Assembly (NCBI GenBank): GCA_964016885.1
Contig: OZ024742.1
Location: 106,082,001 to 106,146,000, forward strand
Origin: Eledone cirrhosa
Taxonomy: Eukaryota
DNA length: 64,000 nucleotides
Reading direction: 5' to 3'
Of the stretch, positions 14,460 to 27,617 are shown one piece after another. The notes under the pieces were generated by a model that was not told the DNA's origin, ran no database searches, and saw only the letters and a program-made list of their open reading frames with translations. Position 1 is the stretch's first letter, and each line of letters starts with the position of its first letter. The position numbers and the translations under genes were made by a program.

Positions 14460-14823
14460 CTGTTATATCTTGGCAGGGTCATGCTGTTAGTAAAAGCACA
14501 CGCACCTATTGGTTTTCACTTCAATTTATTATAAATTTTCGGTTGGTTGGTTAATTCGATAACCAGATGGTTGTTTATATATTGTAAAAGCTCTTTCGTC
14601 ACACATTCTGTGACCTTCTTAGTGACTGGATTTTTATTTTGTGTCTCTCATTCGTTCAGTCCTACACGATCTTGTTTTCTGTCACAAAGAGCTTCGACAA
14701 TATATAAACAACCATCCGGTTATCGAACCAACCACCAATCAACCGGAAATTTATAAGTTGAAGGGAAAACCAACAGGTGCATGTGTTTTTATGGGCAGCA
14801 TGATCCGCCCAGAGTATAACAAT
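14460..14823. repeat. Imperfect inverted repeat (~135-bp arms, ~90-bp spacer)
   Basis: TTCGATAACCAGATGGTTGTTTATATATTG pairs with CAATATATAAACAACCATCCGGTTATCGAA, and the similarity extends to both ends with many mismatches. Confidence 0.75.
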
Positions 14824-14871
14824 ATATCTATCTGTCTATCTATCTATATAATATGTTTGTGTGTGTGTTTT

Positions 14872-14916
<45 letters not shown>

Positions 14917-15165
14917 GGAGGGAGAGAGAGAGGGAGAGAGTGAGAGAGAGTGTGTGTTGCTAAACATGCAAGGAAAGGGGTAAACAGTCGATACTACCGA
15001 GTTCGCGGTCGATCCTCTACTCTGCATCTTACCATGTATCGAATACTTCTTCGATTTGTGGTCGATCCGATCCCTCTACCGCATATGCTTTTTCTCAAAA
15101 CCTTTTTCTGTTCTTTCCTTCTCTCAATCTTTATCCTTCTATTTCATCTATTATTTCTCATTCGA

Positions 15166-15200
15166 TATTCTGATGAAGGACTAGTGTCTGAAACGTTACG
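15166..15200 (+). ncRNA. Hammerhead motif, second copy of PLE family P2
   Basis: CTGATGA-A-GGAC(TAGT)GTCT-GAAAC-GTT. Flanks are homologous to 6200-6310; stem I is degenerate. Confidence 0.65.
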
Positions 15201-15304
15201 AGTCTTTTTTTACTTTATCAAGCGTTAATCTCATTTATTCATTAAACTGTGTCGTTTGTTTTATTTCTGTTTATGTTTTACAAACAAACAAACAAACACA
15301 CACA

Positions 15305-15348
<44 letters not shown>

Positions 15349-15879
15349 TCATTCGCCCTAGAAACACCATGCTGTGTAAACCTTATCACCAACAGAACGA
15401 GACAATATTTTATTCGTGTTTTGCAGCTGCAGTATTAGACATAACAAATACACAAAGAAAAACGATAAAAAACCCCAAACAAAAAAGAAACCATCGTATT
15501 CCTTGTATTTATTACAATTTTGAAGGTTATTATTTTCAAGCGGATTTGTGAATAGGACCTAATAATACGTATGAGAAACCCACACGTATGTATAGGTTTT
15601 TCAAAATTGACGTCTTTCAAGAGATATAATGGTTTGAATAACCGGTTGCTTATATCAAATTTCTGTAGCAATCAGATAAAGTAAAGCTAAAGTGCCTTGC
15701 CCAGGGACGGAATAAAATGGAAGACAAAAATATCATCAAGTATAAAACGGGACATACGGTTGTAAAACATAGAATGTTGGTCATGTAAGTGTATATTAGA
15801 CGTATGGCGGTAGTAATATATACAGGAAAACATGTGTATTATACCATGCAAATACACACACACACACACACACATATAT

Positions 15880-15990
<111 letters not shown>

Positions 15991-16547
15991 TATATATTCT
16001 TACATATACATATATTAGTTTAAGTCGCCGCCTTAGAAAGTGCCTTTTTATCGCTGGTGAACTTCCGGTGTCGTTCCAAACATACATCATTGGAACTAAC
16101 ACAATCGCTCTCATTCACAAATCACCCTTTCTCTCTCTTCCTGTCTGTCTGTCGCTCACTCTCTCCCCCTCTCTCTTACTCTCTCACTCTCTCACTGCCT
16201 GTCTGTACCTCTCTTTCTCTCCTATCTCTCTCATACATACATACTTACATATATGTATGTATATACACACGCGTACACACAGACATAAACACATAAACAT
16301 ATAATATATATATTCCCGAGTTGTGTCGGCGTGTAACTAAAGTTAAAAAAAGATAATTACTACATTGGTAGAGAATAGGCATCTTTATTATATATAGAAA
16401 TGATTTCTACAGGACTAGAACTGTTTCATTCGTTCTTACGAATATGTATATATATATATATATAAAGGATAAAGATCCCATAACTCATTGTGGAGTCGTA
16501 GAGGCATCGTGATACAGTGTATCTAGGGCACAGTAAAACCTGTATCA

Positions 16548-16688
16548 ACCCCAGGACTGGACTGGTACTTTCTTATCGACCCCGAAAGGATGAAAGGCAA
16601 AGTTGACCACGGCGGGATTTGAACTCAGAGCGCGCAATGATGTGGGACGAATACTGTAACGCATTCTATCCCACGCCTTAACAATTCG

Positions 16689-16690
<2 letters not shown>
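16548..16690 (-). mobile_element. SINE family A copy
   Basis: ACTGGTACTTTCTTATCGACCCCGAAAGGATGAAAGGCAAAGTTGACCACGGCGGGATTTGAACTCAGAG. Confidence 0.8.
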
Positions 16691-16724
<34 letters not shown>

Positions 16725-16742
16725 GAGAGAGAGAGCGAGAGA

Positions 16743-16777
<35 letters not shown>

Positions 16778-16778
16778 T

Positions 16779-16823
<45 letters not shown>

Positions 16824-16828
<5 letters not shown>

Positions 16829-16930
16829 CGCATATATGTATATGTGTCTTGAAAGGAGTGAGTGTGTGTGATCCATGTGTGTATTACACACACAGACATA
16901 CATTATATATATATATATATATATATATAC

Positions 16931-16965
<35 letters not shown>

Positions 16966-17040
16966 CGCATACATGTATGTGTGTCTTGAAAGGAGTGAGT
17001 GTGTGTGATCCTGTATTACACACACAGACATACATTATAT
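16824..17040. repeat. Local tandem duplication within a compound microsatellite
   Basis: GTGTCTTGAAAGGAGTGAGTGTGTGTGATCC..TATTACACACACAGACATACATTATAT occurs twice, about 138 bp apart. Confidence 0.8.
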
Positions 17041-17049
17041 TTATATATG

Positions 17050-17190
<141 letters not shown>

Positions 17191-17356
17191 TACATCAACG
17201 TGGAAATATTTAGTTTGACAGTGAAGGACGGTACCAATGTAACTAGTTCATGCGTCAGCAATTTTCGTCCTAGAACTCGCTTCAAATTTGTACTACTTGT
17301 AAAACTACGCCAAATAATTGTGGTTTAATAGCGATTAAGTGAAGTAGTTGATTAAT

Positions 17357-17412
<56 letters not shown>

Positions 17413-17448
17413 ACAGACGTGTGTATACGTATGTGTGTGTTCGTATGC

Positions 17449-17508
<60 letters not shown>

Positions 17509-19183
17509 TTATATATATACACATATATATACACACATATATATATATATACACACCTTAGACCATTAACGTCTCAAAACCTGTGTTTCATCTTCTCGAT
17601 GAAATAACGAAGCTGGTGAGTTGTTGACACTCTTTTACTTAGCAGCCACTGATAAAATCGTCATGGCTGGATTAAACAGGTTGCAATGATAAACTCCGGT
17701 TTACTTTCAGACTATATTTCCCGTTTGGTGAATCTGTGTTAACCTTTTATTTGTATCCTGCTATTAATAAAGCTTTATACATATTCTTTTTGCTTCTGTA
17801 TCCTATATAGGACTAATGTTATTTCTGCCTCATTTTGTTTTGTCTTTCCTATTATAAGGTGCTGCAATGTCTTCGAGTAAGTTTCGTAGTTGTGTATCCA
17901 ATGTAATAGTTTGGACCATAAAGTTTACAGCCTTCATGTTTATATTGAATTTTATACATTACATTGGATGTCTGTAGTGCGTAAGTCTGTCAATTTGGCA
18001 GAGTTATTAGAGCATCGGATATTTTGATGTTTCTTTCGTATCTCTGCGTTGAAATCTCGTCGAGGTTCACTTTGCCTTTCATCCATTTGTAATCGATAAA
18101 GAAGGTACCATCCCAGTGCTGGTGCAGTCATCTTTTCCCCCAGCTGTCAAGTTCTGGGAGTTCCGTTGAATCAAAGGAGGGTCGAGAGGCTTTATGTGTT
18201 TGCTCCCGTCTGCATGGTTACTTCAAACCGTTAACGAAAGCATAATACATACTACCAAATCATATTTAATTGCAATTAATGACTACAATAGACTTTTTCC
18301 GGTAGTGTGTTCTGTGTCGTGGATTTTGTAGTTTCAAGTTAATGAGAAGTTTCTCGAATTCTATTTTTTTGTTTTTTTGTACTATATTCTAACTTGGTTG
18401 GCTTGAAGTAAAGCATGATCAATAGCGTAGCTGGGGATTTTGTTCTGCTTCATTGTTTTTCGTAGGGGTCTTGCAAACTCATGGATGAATACACTATAAA
18501 AAAAACTTATAAAACGGTTTCTCCGATACACAATGGTTGAGAAAGAGTTTGCACCACCCCGGGCAGTCCTTGCAAGACCCCTCCTTTTACTTAATGTTTG
18601 TTTAATTCCTAAGATCTCTTTATTTAAATCTTCTTTAGTAGATGAAACTTGTAAGGTTCGTCACAAAGAGATTCTACTCCAGTTATTTTATGTATATTCA
18701 GATATTCATTATCTTTGTGCATATATAGGAATTGTCGGTGTTGTACCGTATGTATGGATCCCTAACTCTTGGTGGAGACGTGGGAGAACCGTAGTGACAT
18801 ATGGCGTGTCTCCGGCATTTTTAAAACATGGCGGAGCCTATCCACTTTTGAAACACAGCCAAGATATATAAACGAAGTATCGACCAGAGTAGTGGACGAG
18901 TATTTTTGTATCAACCTCGAAAGGATGAAAGGCAAAGTTAATTTCGGAGGGTACTGAACGTTCTATTCGACATATACTGAATAGTGCAGGTATCATATAA
19001 GAAGTTATCGGCGTTTTACGTTTATTACTGGACAGTACAGGTCTGAGCATTCAATTGTATTTATCAAGCTACCGCATTGAAACATATTTTCAGACTTCAA
19101 TATATAGTGTTGTGACTCGAGTGGTTTTCTACATTACACGTTTGTATGCCTACCTATCTGTCTGTCTGACTATATGTACGTAT

Positions 19184-19265
<82 letters not shown>

Positions 19266-19426
19266 GCGCGCACACACGCACACACATACACTCAGACAAA
19301 CACATACATTCACACACGCACATATATAGTAAACTCAAACAGACATACACCCCTAAACATACTCACACACACGCTCTCTCTCTTTCCCTCACACACACAC
19401 ACACACATAGATAATAGACTCAGACA

Positions 19427-19479
<53 letters not shown>

Positions 19480-20123
19480 ACTTTCTCTCTTTAACACACA
19501 CACAATGGTAATGTATTCAGAAACATGATTTAATTCATAAATATTTATTGTTATTTCCCTAATGAGAAATGTTGATTCTGTTGCATTTGTTAGAACTTGT
19601 CAAATTTTAATCGAGACCACTCGAGGTTTAAATCCACAGAAAAATACTCTCGCATAATTTGTATACACATATTCATACAAGTCATTGACGGAGCCTGTAT
19701 ATAGTGGTCCGACCTGCTAGAAATAGATGCCAATCCTCTAACAAATGGTTTATATACACATACTCATACAAGCAAAGCCCTTATAACGCCGGATACAATG
19801 CCTTGCGGTATTCTTTCTCGTCGATGTCAATGTTACCTTTTATAATTTGAAGTCGCCAAAAACGTACCAGTCCAGTACAGGGGTTGATTCCTCCTCTACT
19901 TATCTTTCTCATTTTCTCTCTATCACACACACATATGTTCTCTCTCTCACTCTCTTTTTTTCTTTCTTCCTCTTTCTCTCTTTTTCCTTCTCTGGAAGAA
20001 ATCATCTGTGTTCAACCTTGGTAAGAGAATGAAATCCACCAGGTTTTAAATGCCAAAGACATATAATATGTGACTACGGCGCTTCTACGACTCCATCAGC
20101 TCTTAGGAGTCTACCCCACCCCC

Positions 20124-20181
<58 letters not shown>

Positions 20182-20227
20182 ACACCAAAGGAGCCTCTAT
20201 GCGGTCGTTCAACTAATCTATATATGT

Positions 20228-20275
<48 letters not shown>

Positions 20276-20361
20276 ACCCTTAACTCTCGATGAGAAAAAA
20301 GTTATATCTGAATATATAGAGTACAGAGGTAACCGGGACTGCATATATATATATATATATG

Positions 20362-20730
20362 TCTGATTTACTCGTTTTCTTTACAATCCTTTAAAATTTA
20401 TAATGGTATTAGAATGAAATAGTATTGTAGAATATTAAATGTTAAGTGTTAATTGAACAAGTACTTTCATGCTTTTGCAATCTTCAGGTTCATATTGTGT
20501 GGTGACAGTCAAGTTTGCAATTTTCAACAGTTGAAAATTGCAAACTTGACTGTCACCACACAATATGAACCTGAAGATTGCGAAAGCATGAAAGTACTTG
20601 TTCAATTAACACTTAACATTTAATATTCTACCATACTATTTCATTCTAATACCATTATAAATTTTAAAGAATTGTAAATAAAACGAGTAAATCAGATAAA
20701 GTTGGAATTCCTTTTATTAATATAATCTTC
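20362..20730 (+). repeat. Fold-back hairpin (167-bp arms, 1-nt centre at 20529) plus 34-nt tail
   Basis: 20362-20528 pairs with 20530-20696 with about 4 mismatches. Tail 20697-20730; TA-rich flanks. Confidence 0.9.
20566..20604 (+). ncRNA. Minimal type I hammerhead ribozyme motif (mirror copy on - at ~20454-20492)
   Basis: TGAAC-CTGAAGA-TTGC(GAAA)GCAT-GAAA-GTAC-TT-GTTCA. Stem I TGAAC/GTTCA and palindromic stem III AAGTACTT. Confidence 0.8.
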
Positions 20731-20754
20731 TATACACAATCATACACACCCGTG

Positions 20755-20824
<70 letters not shown>

Positions 20825-20884
20825 TATGTATGTATATATGTATGTATGTGTGTGTATGTGCGTGTCTGTATGTCTGTATACACA

Positions 20885-20935
<51 letters not shown>

Positions 20936-21124
20936 GCGAGAGATGGGAGATGTAAGTGAAACTGGTGGAGGCGGGGAAAGTAGAGGCATAAAGATGAAAG
21001 TTAAGGTTAGATTTTGATATAGGTATATTAAAGATAAAGCTCTGCTCATATCAGTGTTTATATAAAGATTTACGTTAATATATTCTACTGATTCCAAATG
21101 TTCTCTCATATGACAAATAGTGTA

Positions 21125-21380
21125 TGACCTCCGTCGGTTTCGCCGACGAGTATTTCATCAGCGCAACAATCTGCTCGTGAAATTAATGTGTAGTTGGCTG
21201 AGCGTTCCACAGACGTGTGTATTTTTAACTTACTTTTCAGGGAGATTCAACGATTTTGCCTGCTATTTGTATTGGAGCAACGTTTAATTGTGTGGTTGAG
21301 ACGCAACTCGCCTCCTGGCCCGGGAAGCGAACTCAACTTACAATCGTAAGTCAACACCAAAACCACTCAACCACGCGCCT
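21125..21380 (-). mobile_element. Degenerate tRNA-derived SINE (family C; relative at ~32515-32760)
   Basis: Minus strand begins AGGCGCGTGGTTGAGTGGT..GAGTTCGCTTCCCGGGCC (A/B-box-like) and shares CCGTCGGTTTCG and GCTGAGC..AC.GTGT blocks with 32515-32760. Confidence 0.5.
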
Positions 21381-22829
21381 TCAATGACAAATATTACAAA
21401 TGTATAAACGACATAACTCCCAAACCCTTTCATGTGTTGTTATTTTCTTTGTTTTGTTTTTAATTGACCACAATGAAGATGATTTTTTAAAGGATTATTT
21501 TTCCATAAGCCCTTTACGGATACGTTTCGCTATCTGGTTTCGAGAAAAAGAAAAGATATTATTTCATCGTAAACATTTAAAGCTTCACATTTTTCTGTAC
21601 GTTGGTCATACTCGCCATTGCTGTATTAGTATACAAATTTCCTCAAATCACATCCTTCCGTACTGAAACGAGAAGGAATCGTTCAAAAGTGAAGTCCTAG
21701 ATATAAAAACAAACAGCGAAAAAAACAAACAAACCCCAAACCAGATCGTTATGGCTGGGATGCATTTTTGTTTATCGCTAATATAGTTAGGGCAGATACA
21801 TTGAAAATTATCAGAACCTTAATTGGAATGTGGGAGGAAGTTATCTTCAAACCGAAGGCCCGACCCCAATCCTTGCAACATGGTGGGCTCCGCTGAAATC
21901 TACCAAGGGCAATGTGGTGATGTTGAAGAGAACGGTTGATTAAGGTCACCCACGATGTAGACTGCTGTGGGATTTGAACTTAGAAAGGAACAAGCCAGAA
22001 CAAATACTGCAAGGTATTCTCTCAAACGTCCTAATGATTCTGCTGTTTTACTGTTCAGAAGTATGATCTGGGGCTAAAGAACAACAACCGTTAACAGTTG
22101 AACTAACGACAGAGACTTTATCTAATCGCTTAACCTGCTGGATAAAGCAGCCAAATCTCCCATATAAAAAGTTAGTTCTAGATTGATTATGCATGCAATA
22201 AAAAAGGCGTATAACGGCAGCAATGTACTTGACAATACGTCTGCTGAAACATAATTTTATTGGAGCTACACTATCATATGATTTGAATGAAATTTGCCTT
22301 CAACTTCTTGCAAATCGGACGGCCAAGAAGGGGTTTCCCGATCGCCTCGTATAAGAATCAATGAGTACGCACATATTTCTAATATAGTGAGGATAGATTC
22401 TAACTATTATATCTTCTCCACATCTCGAGATCTTTAGATCTTTAGCTAACGTGTTTAAGAGTGCGGATGTCTGAATGAAAAGATGGGCGGTTCGTATAAA
22501 ATCGTTTGCACTCCATTATGTCAGTGGGTAAGATATTTACTTTTCAACGTCTGAAAGGAAAAAAATACCACCATTTGTATACAACTTGATGAGTGATAGA
22601 TAAAATCGCTGGCAGTGCAGGATTTAGTTCGGCTCACACGAGAGGTTAGGCTGATAGAGTGATACATACATTGGCTTCAGTGCAGTGTAAGGCTGATATA
22701 TTCTAGCAATCCACGAAAAAGAAAGTGGGTAGAGAAATAAATCCCATTCTCTCCATGTCTCAGGAAAAAAAGGTATATATGGGTGTTAATGAAATGACAA
22801 CGGAGTAGGATTAATGTATTTTATAACTA

Positions 22830-22861
<32 letters not shown>

Positions 22862-22869
<8 letters not shown>

Positions 22870-23280
22870 GTACATACATATATGTATACAGACGTACAGT
22901 AGTATGTATATATATATATACATACTTGCACACATATATATGTACGTATGGATTCACCGAACATTTATTATAATGCTCGGTGTGTTTGTAAACAAACATC
23001 CCGTATTAAGCCGTAGTGTCTAGCAAACATCGTTGCTCGTTTGTTCAACACTGACAAAGGAACGCTGTACTAGTTTCAAGCTTATTAGCTATCGTCAGCA
23101 ACGTATACCTTCCTGCCAGATTGTTGAACGTCTGAAAGTATATACTGTACATGTATGTATATATATATATACATACTACTGTACGTCTGTATACATATAT
23201 GTATGTACGTGTACATAGTTATATTTAAGTAACAGCCGTACTAAGAGTGGGAAATGAAATTTCGTTTCATTTTTTCCGTT
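22862..23280. mobile_element. PLE family P1 fragment with terminal inversion; hammerhead on - at 23063-23103
   Basis: 22862-22910 is inverted at ~23165-23217, followed by an extension matching the reverse complement of 4590-4645. Hammerhead: CGTTG-CTGACGA-TAGCT(AATA)AGCTT-GAAAC-TA-GTA-CAGCG. Confidence 0.75.
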
Positions 23281-23493
23281 TATATATATATATATAAAAC
23301 CAAGTCTAATGAGCAGACCGATGCCAGATTAAAGTCCATAGCTTCCATAAAAAACCATGGGCAAATCATCTGTGAAACGTACGTAATAGGTCGATAATCA
23401 AGAGAAACATCTAAACGAAACCTCATTGCCCTTTCTTACCTGCACATCGAGTGCTCATATTGGTTCCACCACAAAAAAAAATCACTGAACCAT

Positions 23494-23582
<89 letters not shown>

Positions 23583-23606
23583 CTCTCTCTCTCTCTTTCT
23601 CTCTCA

Positions 23607-23637
<31 letters not shown>

Positions 23638-23769
23638 AAACACACACACATATATAGCTCTCTTTCTCTTTGTCCCTCCTTCTCTTTCTCTTACATTATA
23701 ATATATAGATTTATATATACAGATATATATATATGTATATTGGCATAGTCGTTTGAACGTTGGATACTT

Positions 23770-23845
<76 letters not shown>

Positions 23846-24120
23846 GTATATATCAGTTTATGTGCGTCGGAAAATTGGATGATATACATTCATGGATAAG
23901 GAAAGCCAGATAAAAAGGCTTAACTTTCAAAAACCATTGGCTATAACGTTAGACGAGCTCGGTCAAAGTTTCACACTTTTACTATCAAAGGCGAGAAATC
24001 TTGTTCTTTGACAGAAATCATTTGGCTTGAAAAATGCCTCAATGTCACCGCTTCCATAATTCAATTGCGGTAGATAACAGTAATATAGTTCATGATATGA
24101 GGTTTTTAACACGCACGCGC

Positions 24121-24182
<62 letters not shown>

Positions 24183-24328
24183 ATATATATACATGTATAT
24201 ATACACATATATAAATATATATATATATATAAATAAATAAATACATATATAAATATATATATGCGCACACACATACACACACACAACCTCCTCCTCATAT
24301 ATATATATATATATATATATATACACTC

Positions 24329-24401
<73 letters not shown>

Positions 24402-24965
24402 GTTAGGTCATGGGTTGTATATATTTTTGTTTTGTTTTGTTTTATTTAGCAGTCTGTCTCAATTTAGAATTATTCGTTAAAGATATATAAAATTGCTTAC
24501 GGAAGGGGTGCTGGTGGAGAATTAGTGATATATTTAACCTCTTAAAACATAAAACAAGACGAGGCGATGGAAAATGACATCTGTTCATATGTGATGATTA
24601 ATAATGATTTCTTAATTAAGGCGTAAAGCTTCTTGTTTTTTTTTTTTATAAATTTTTTTTTTTACGGTTTTCTTTTCGTTTTCTTTTCTTTCTCTTGTTT
24701 TTCCTTTACTTTTTATTTTATTGTTTTTAATATGACTGCAAGGCAATTAGGGAATTAGAGATAAACGTTTTACTCATTTGTGTGTAGAAACAGGACCACC
24801 CGGACAACTGATGATTTACTCGCATCCATTCAGTGGAAGTTATAATAAAATACGATAGTCAAACAGGAATCCAGTTTTACCAATGTTCTCAATGCAATCT
24901 TCTTACATCCCTTCGAGTTCGTTAAAAATATACGAGGTCTATTTCTCCTCTGTATTGCTTTTTCA

Positions 24966-25200
24966 CTTCTTCTTCTTCTTCTTCGTCTTCTTCTTCTTCT
25001 TCTTCGGGAGGGCCTTTAAGCACGCCATCAAACGGGTCCTGTCAGAAGTAACCGTCTCCAATTGATCCGGCTGACTTCGTTAGGGTATCAGCCGAACTCA
25101 TGTATGTTATCCAACCAATCGTTCTCTGAGACATTCTAACCACATGTGGCACCAAAACCAGTCCACCGTCTCAGCAGCTCAAGCGATTCTTATACCAAAG
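24966..25200 (-). mobile_element. 3' relic of an RTE-like LINE with an (AAG)n tail
   Basis: Minus-strand frames give W..H.VRM-like and WLDNI...INWRRLL, typical of the RTE C-terminus, ending in (AAG)n. Confidence 0.5.
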
Positions 25201-27017
25201 CCCTCTTCATCTTTTTCTCTTTAATATTACTGAAATCGCATGTTACATTCGTAATTTACTTAAATACATATATTAAAGGCGTAAATGAAATGAAATAAAG
25301 CGTAAATGAAGTGTAGTTAAATAGATTCTCACTGTGAATCCAGCAGAAATCACGCGAAAATCCTAAACGACAATAAAAGATGGATAAATGTATTAAGTAA
25401 AATATATACAAAAATGAATGAACAGTGAAAATATCGTAGCACGAACTAAATTATAATTATCTATGAGTATAAACCAGTGGATTGGCAGACAAAAGGCTTT
25501 GTGACATTTTGTTACGACCCTTTATTAAAATAAAGTACCAGTCAACTAATGGGGTCGATATAAATTGCTGACTTTCTGCCTTTTAACTAAGCGTAGACAC
25601 TAGCGATGGAAATTAAATTACCATGTCATATATTTTTTGTGGGAAGGTACAGTCAATTATATTGGACTCACTTCTTTGGTGGTACTTATTTAACCGACCC
25701 TGGAAGAATGATAGTTACCTCTCGCAAATTCAGGAATTCGGAAATGTAAAGTTGCATAATCAAATACCACAAGGCGTTTTGTGGGGAATTCTACCGTTTC
25801 TGCCGCTTAACCTCCCTATACAGCTGTAGTATAACTTCGATGAAAACAATCATTTCTTATATAGATGTAAGGCCTGGAATTTTGTTTGTGGAGAATAGGA
25901 GAATGGTGCAGTGAGGCTTACGGTATTTCCTTGCAGATTAGTGTTATGATATATGTGTTTATTGGGGCAAAAATATGAGACGCTATAAAATCTGCTATTT
26001 GCTTCTGACGAGACACCAGTCTGTTGCAGACGACATCCGCACGCGATTAGATTTTCATGTTTTACACACTGCTTATATCTAAATTAATATACAGGCATTG
26101 AAACGGATTTTACAAACAGATGCAACAAAACGGTAACAGTGGATTACATACGGTCTCACGACCCAGCGTTTGTAGACAAATACTTTATCTAATCAGCGTC
26201 CATTTTTGTATTTTGTTAACATGCGTCGCTCATGGTTTTGTCGACTTGCGTGGGGTACGATATCACACGAAACTATAGAATTTATTTCACATTGTTCTAT
26301 CATTATGTCTTTCAAAGCTAACAAGGTTTGCTGCTCGTCACAGAAATACTGCAGCTGTCGGGGGGTTTATATTCTCTGTTGACTATATAGCGGAAGTAGC
26401 AATAAGATTTGTTCAGAATATTCAACTATAATTTCTTGCTTGGGAGACACCAGGCTATCAAATATCGAAATCACTGAAAAAATTCAACTTGGTCTTAGTG
26501 ATTACTTGTATTACAAAGCGGTCGCAATAATGTATTTTGTACAACTTACGAAAGGTGACAGGTAGAGGGGGGCCTGTATTATTGTGGCGCTCTTGCATAT
26601 CCCAATGTCATTAGGGCCTGAATGTAACAGCATGGACATATAAATGTGAGTTTAAACTGTTTCGAGGATGTGTGTGTGTGTGATCAAGTGTTGACGTGGG
26701 TATTTGCTTGCTTAAGTGCACACGTTAGGAAGAGGAAGTATGCAGAAAGTACATAAATTATATATCACGTGATGGTATAGACTTACATTCTTGACAAAAC
26801 TTTGACTGCTTTTCCCTGGTTTGCCCGCCTTAATCTATACATCTCCAACACAACCACCAAACCACTCCTACTTTGACTATCCTAAATTGTGTTTCCTAAA
26901 CGCTACCACTTCATGCCATATCCCATCTAGTCACATTACATCGCACCATGTGCCATTTTGCTAGCTTCTATAATGATACCCCTCTCCAAACCTGATCACA
27001 GCTTATTATTTCCAGAA

Positions 27018-27375
27018 AGGGCGGTGGATTGGCAGTAGTATCAGTAGAGGGTCGGACGCCATGCTTTGCAGAAAAGAGTTACGGCCCTTTATGATCTGAT
27101 TTCAAATCCTTACGGGGTCGATAAAATAAAGTACCAGTAATACACTGAGATAATTGCTGGCCTTGTGCCAAAAGTAGAAACAATTATTTTCAGAGAAGGA
27201 AATAGAGAGTGACAGAGAGAAAGTAAGAAAGGGATGTAAAATCGACTCCAATCCTAGACTGGTACTTTTTTTTATCGAACTCGAAAAGATGAAAGCCAAA
27301 GTTGACCTCGGTGGAATTTGAACAGAGAACCGGAAGGAATACCGTAAAGTATTCTATCTGACATTCTAACGCCTC
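27018..27375. mobile_element. Two convergent SINE family A copies (+ 27018-27185, - 27238-27375)
   Basis: Family core present in both orientations. Confidence 0.7.
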
Positions 27376-27379
27376 ATCA

Positions 27380-27617
27380 ACTAATATATAATACCCTGGT
27401 GTTTTTGTCCATCACAAGAGATGACTGACGAAGGAAGAGGTGTATGTCTATATGTATAACGATTTGACTACACACATTGACTATGTATTTGTATGTTTGT
27501 ATCACTTGTGTGAGTGGGCACAAAGGAACCAACCAAGCAACAAACAAACAAACATATTTTATATTATGTATACATATTACAATTAGCCGTCATTTTTGAC
27601 GGCACGGGGCCAGCTAG
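27380..27617 (+). mobile_element. Short Helitron-type element (3' end clear)
   Basis: Hairpin GCCGTCA-TTTT-TGACGGC (27586-27603), then 10 nt and CTAG|T. The 5' end CTAATATATAATA resembles Helitron starts but lacks a clean TC. Confidence 0.6.

Noticed and set aside
17620-18780. Possible decayed Penelope ORF on the - strand (e.g. IPSYAIDHALLQA, QNPRH)
   Set aside because: Too degenerate to support by eye; needs a translated HMM search.
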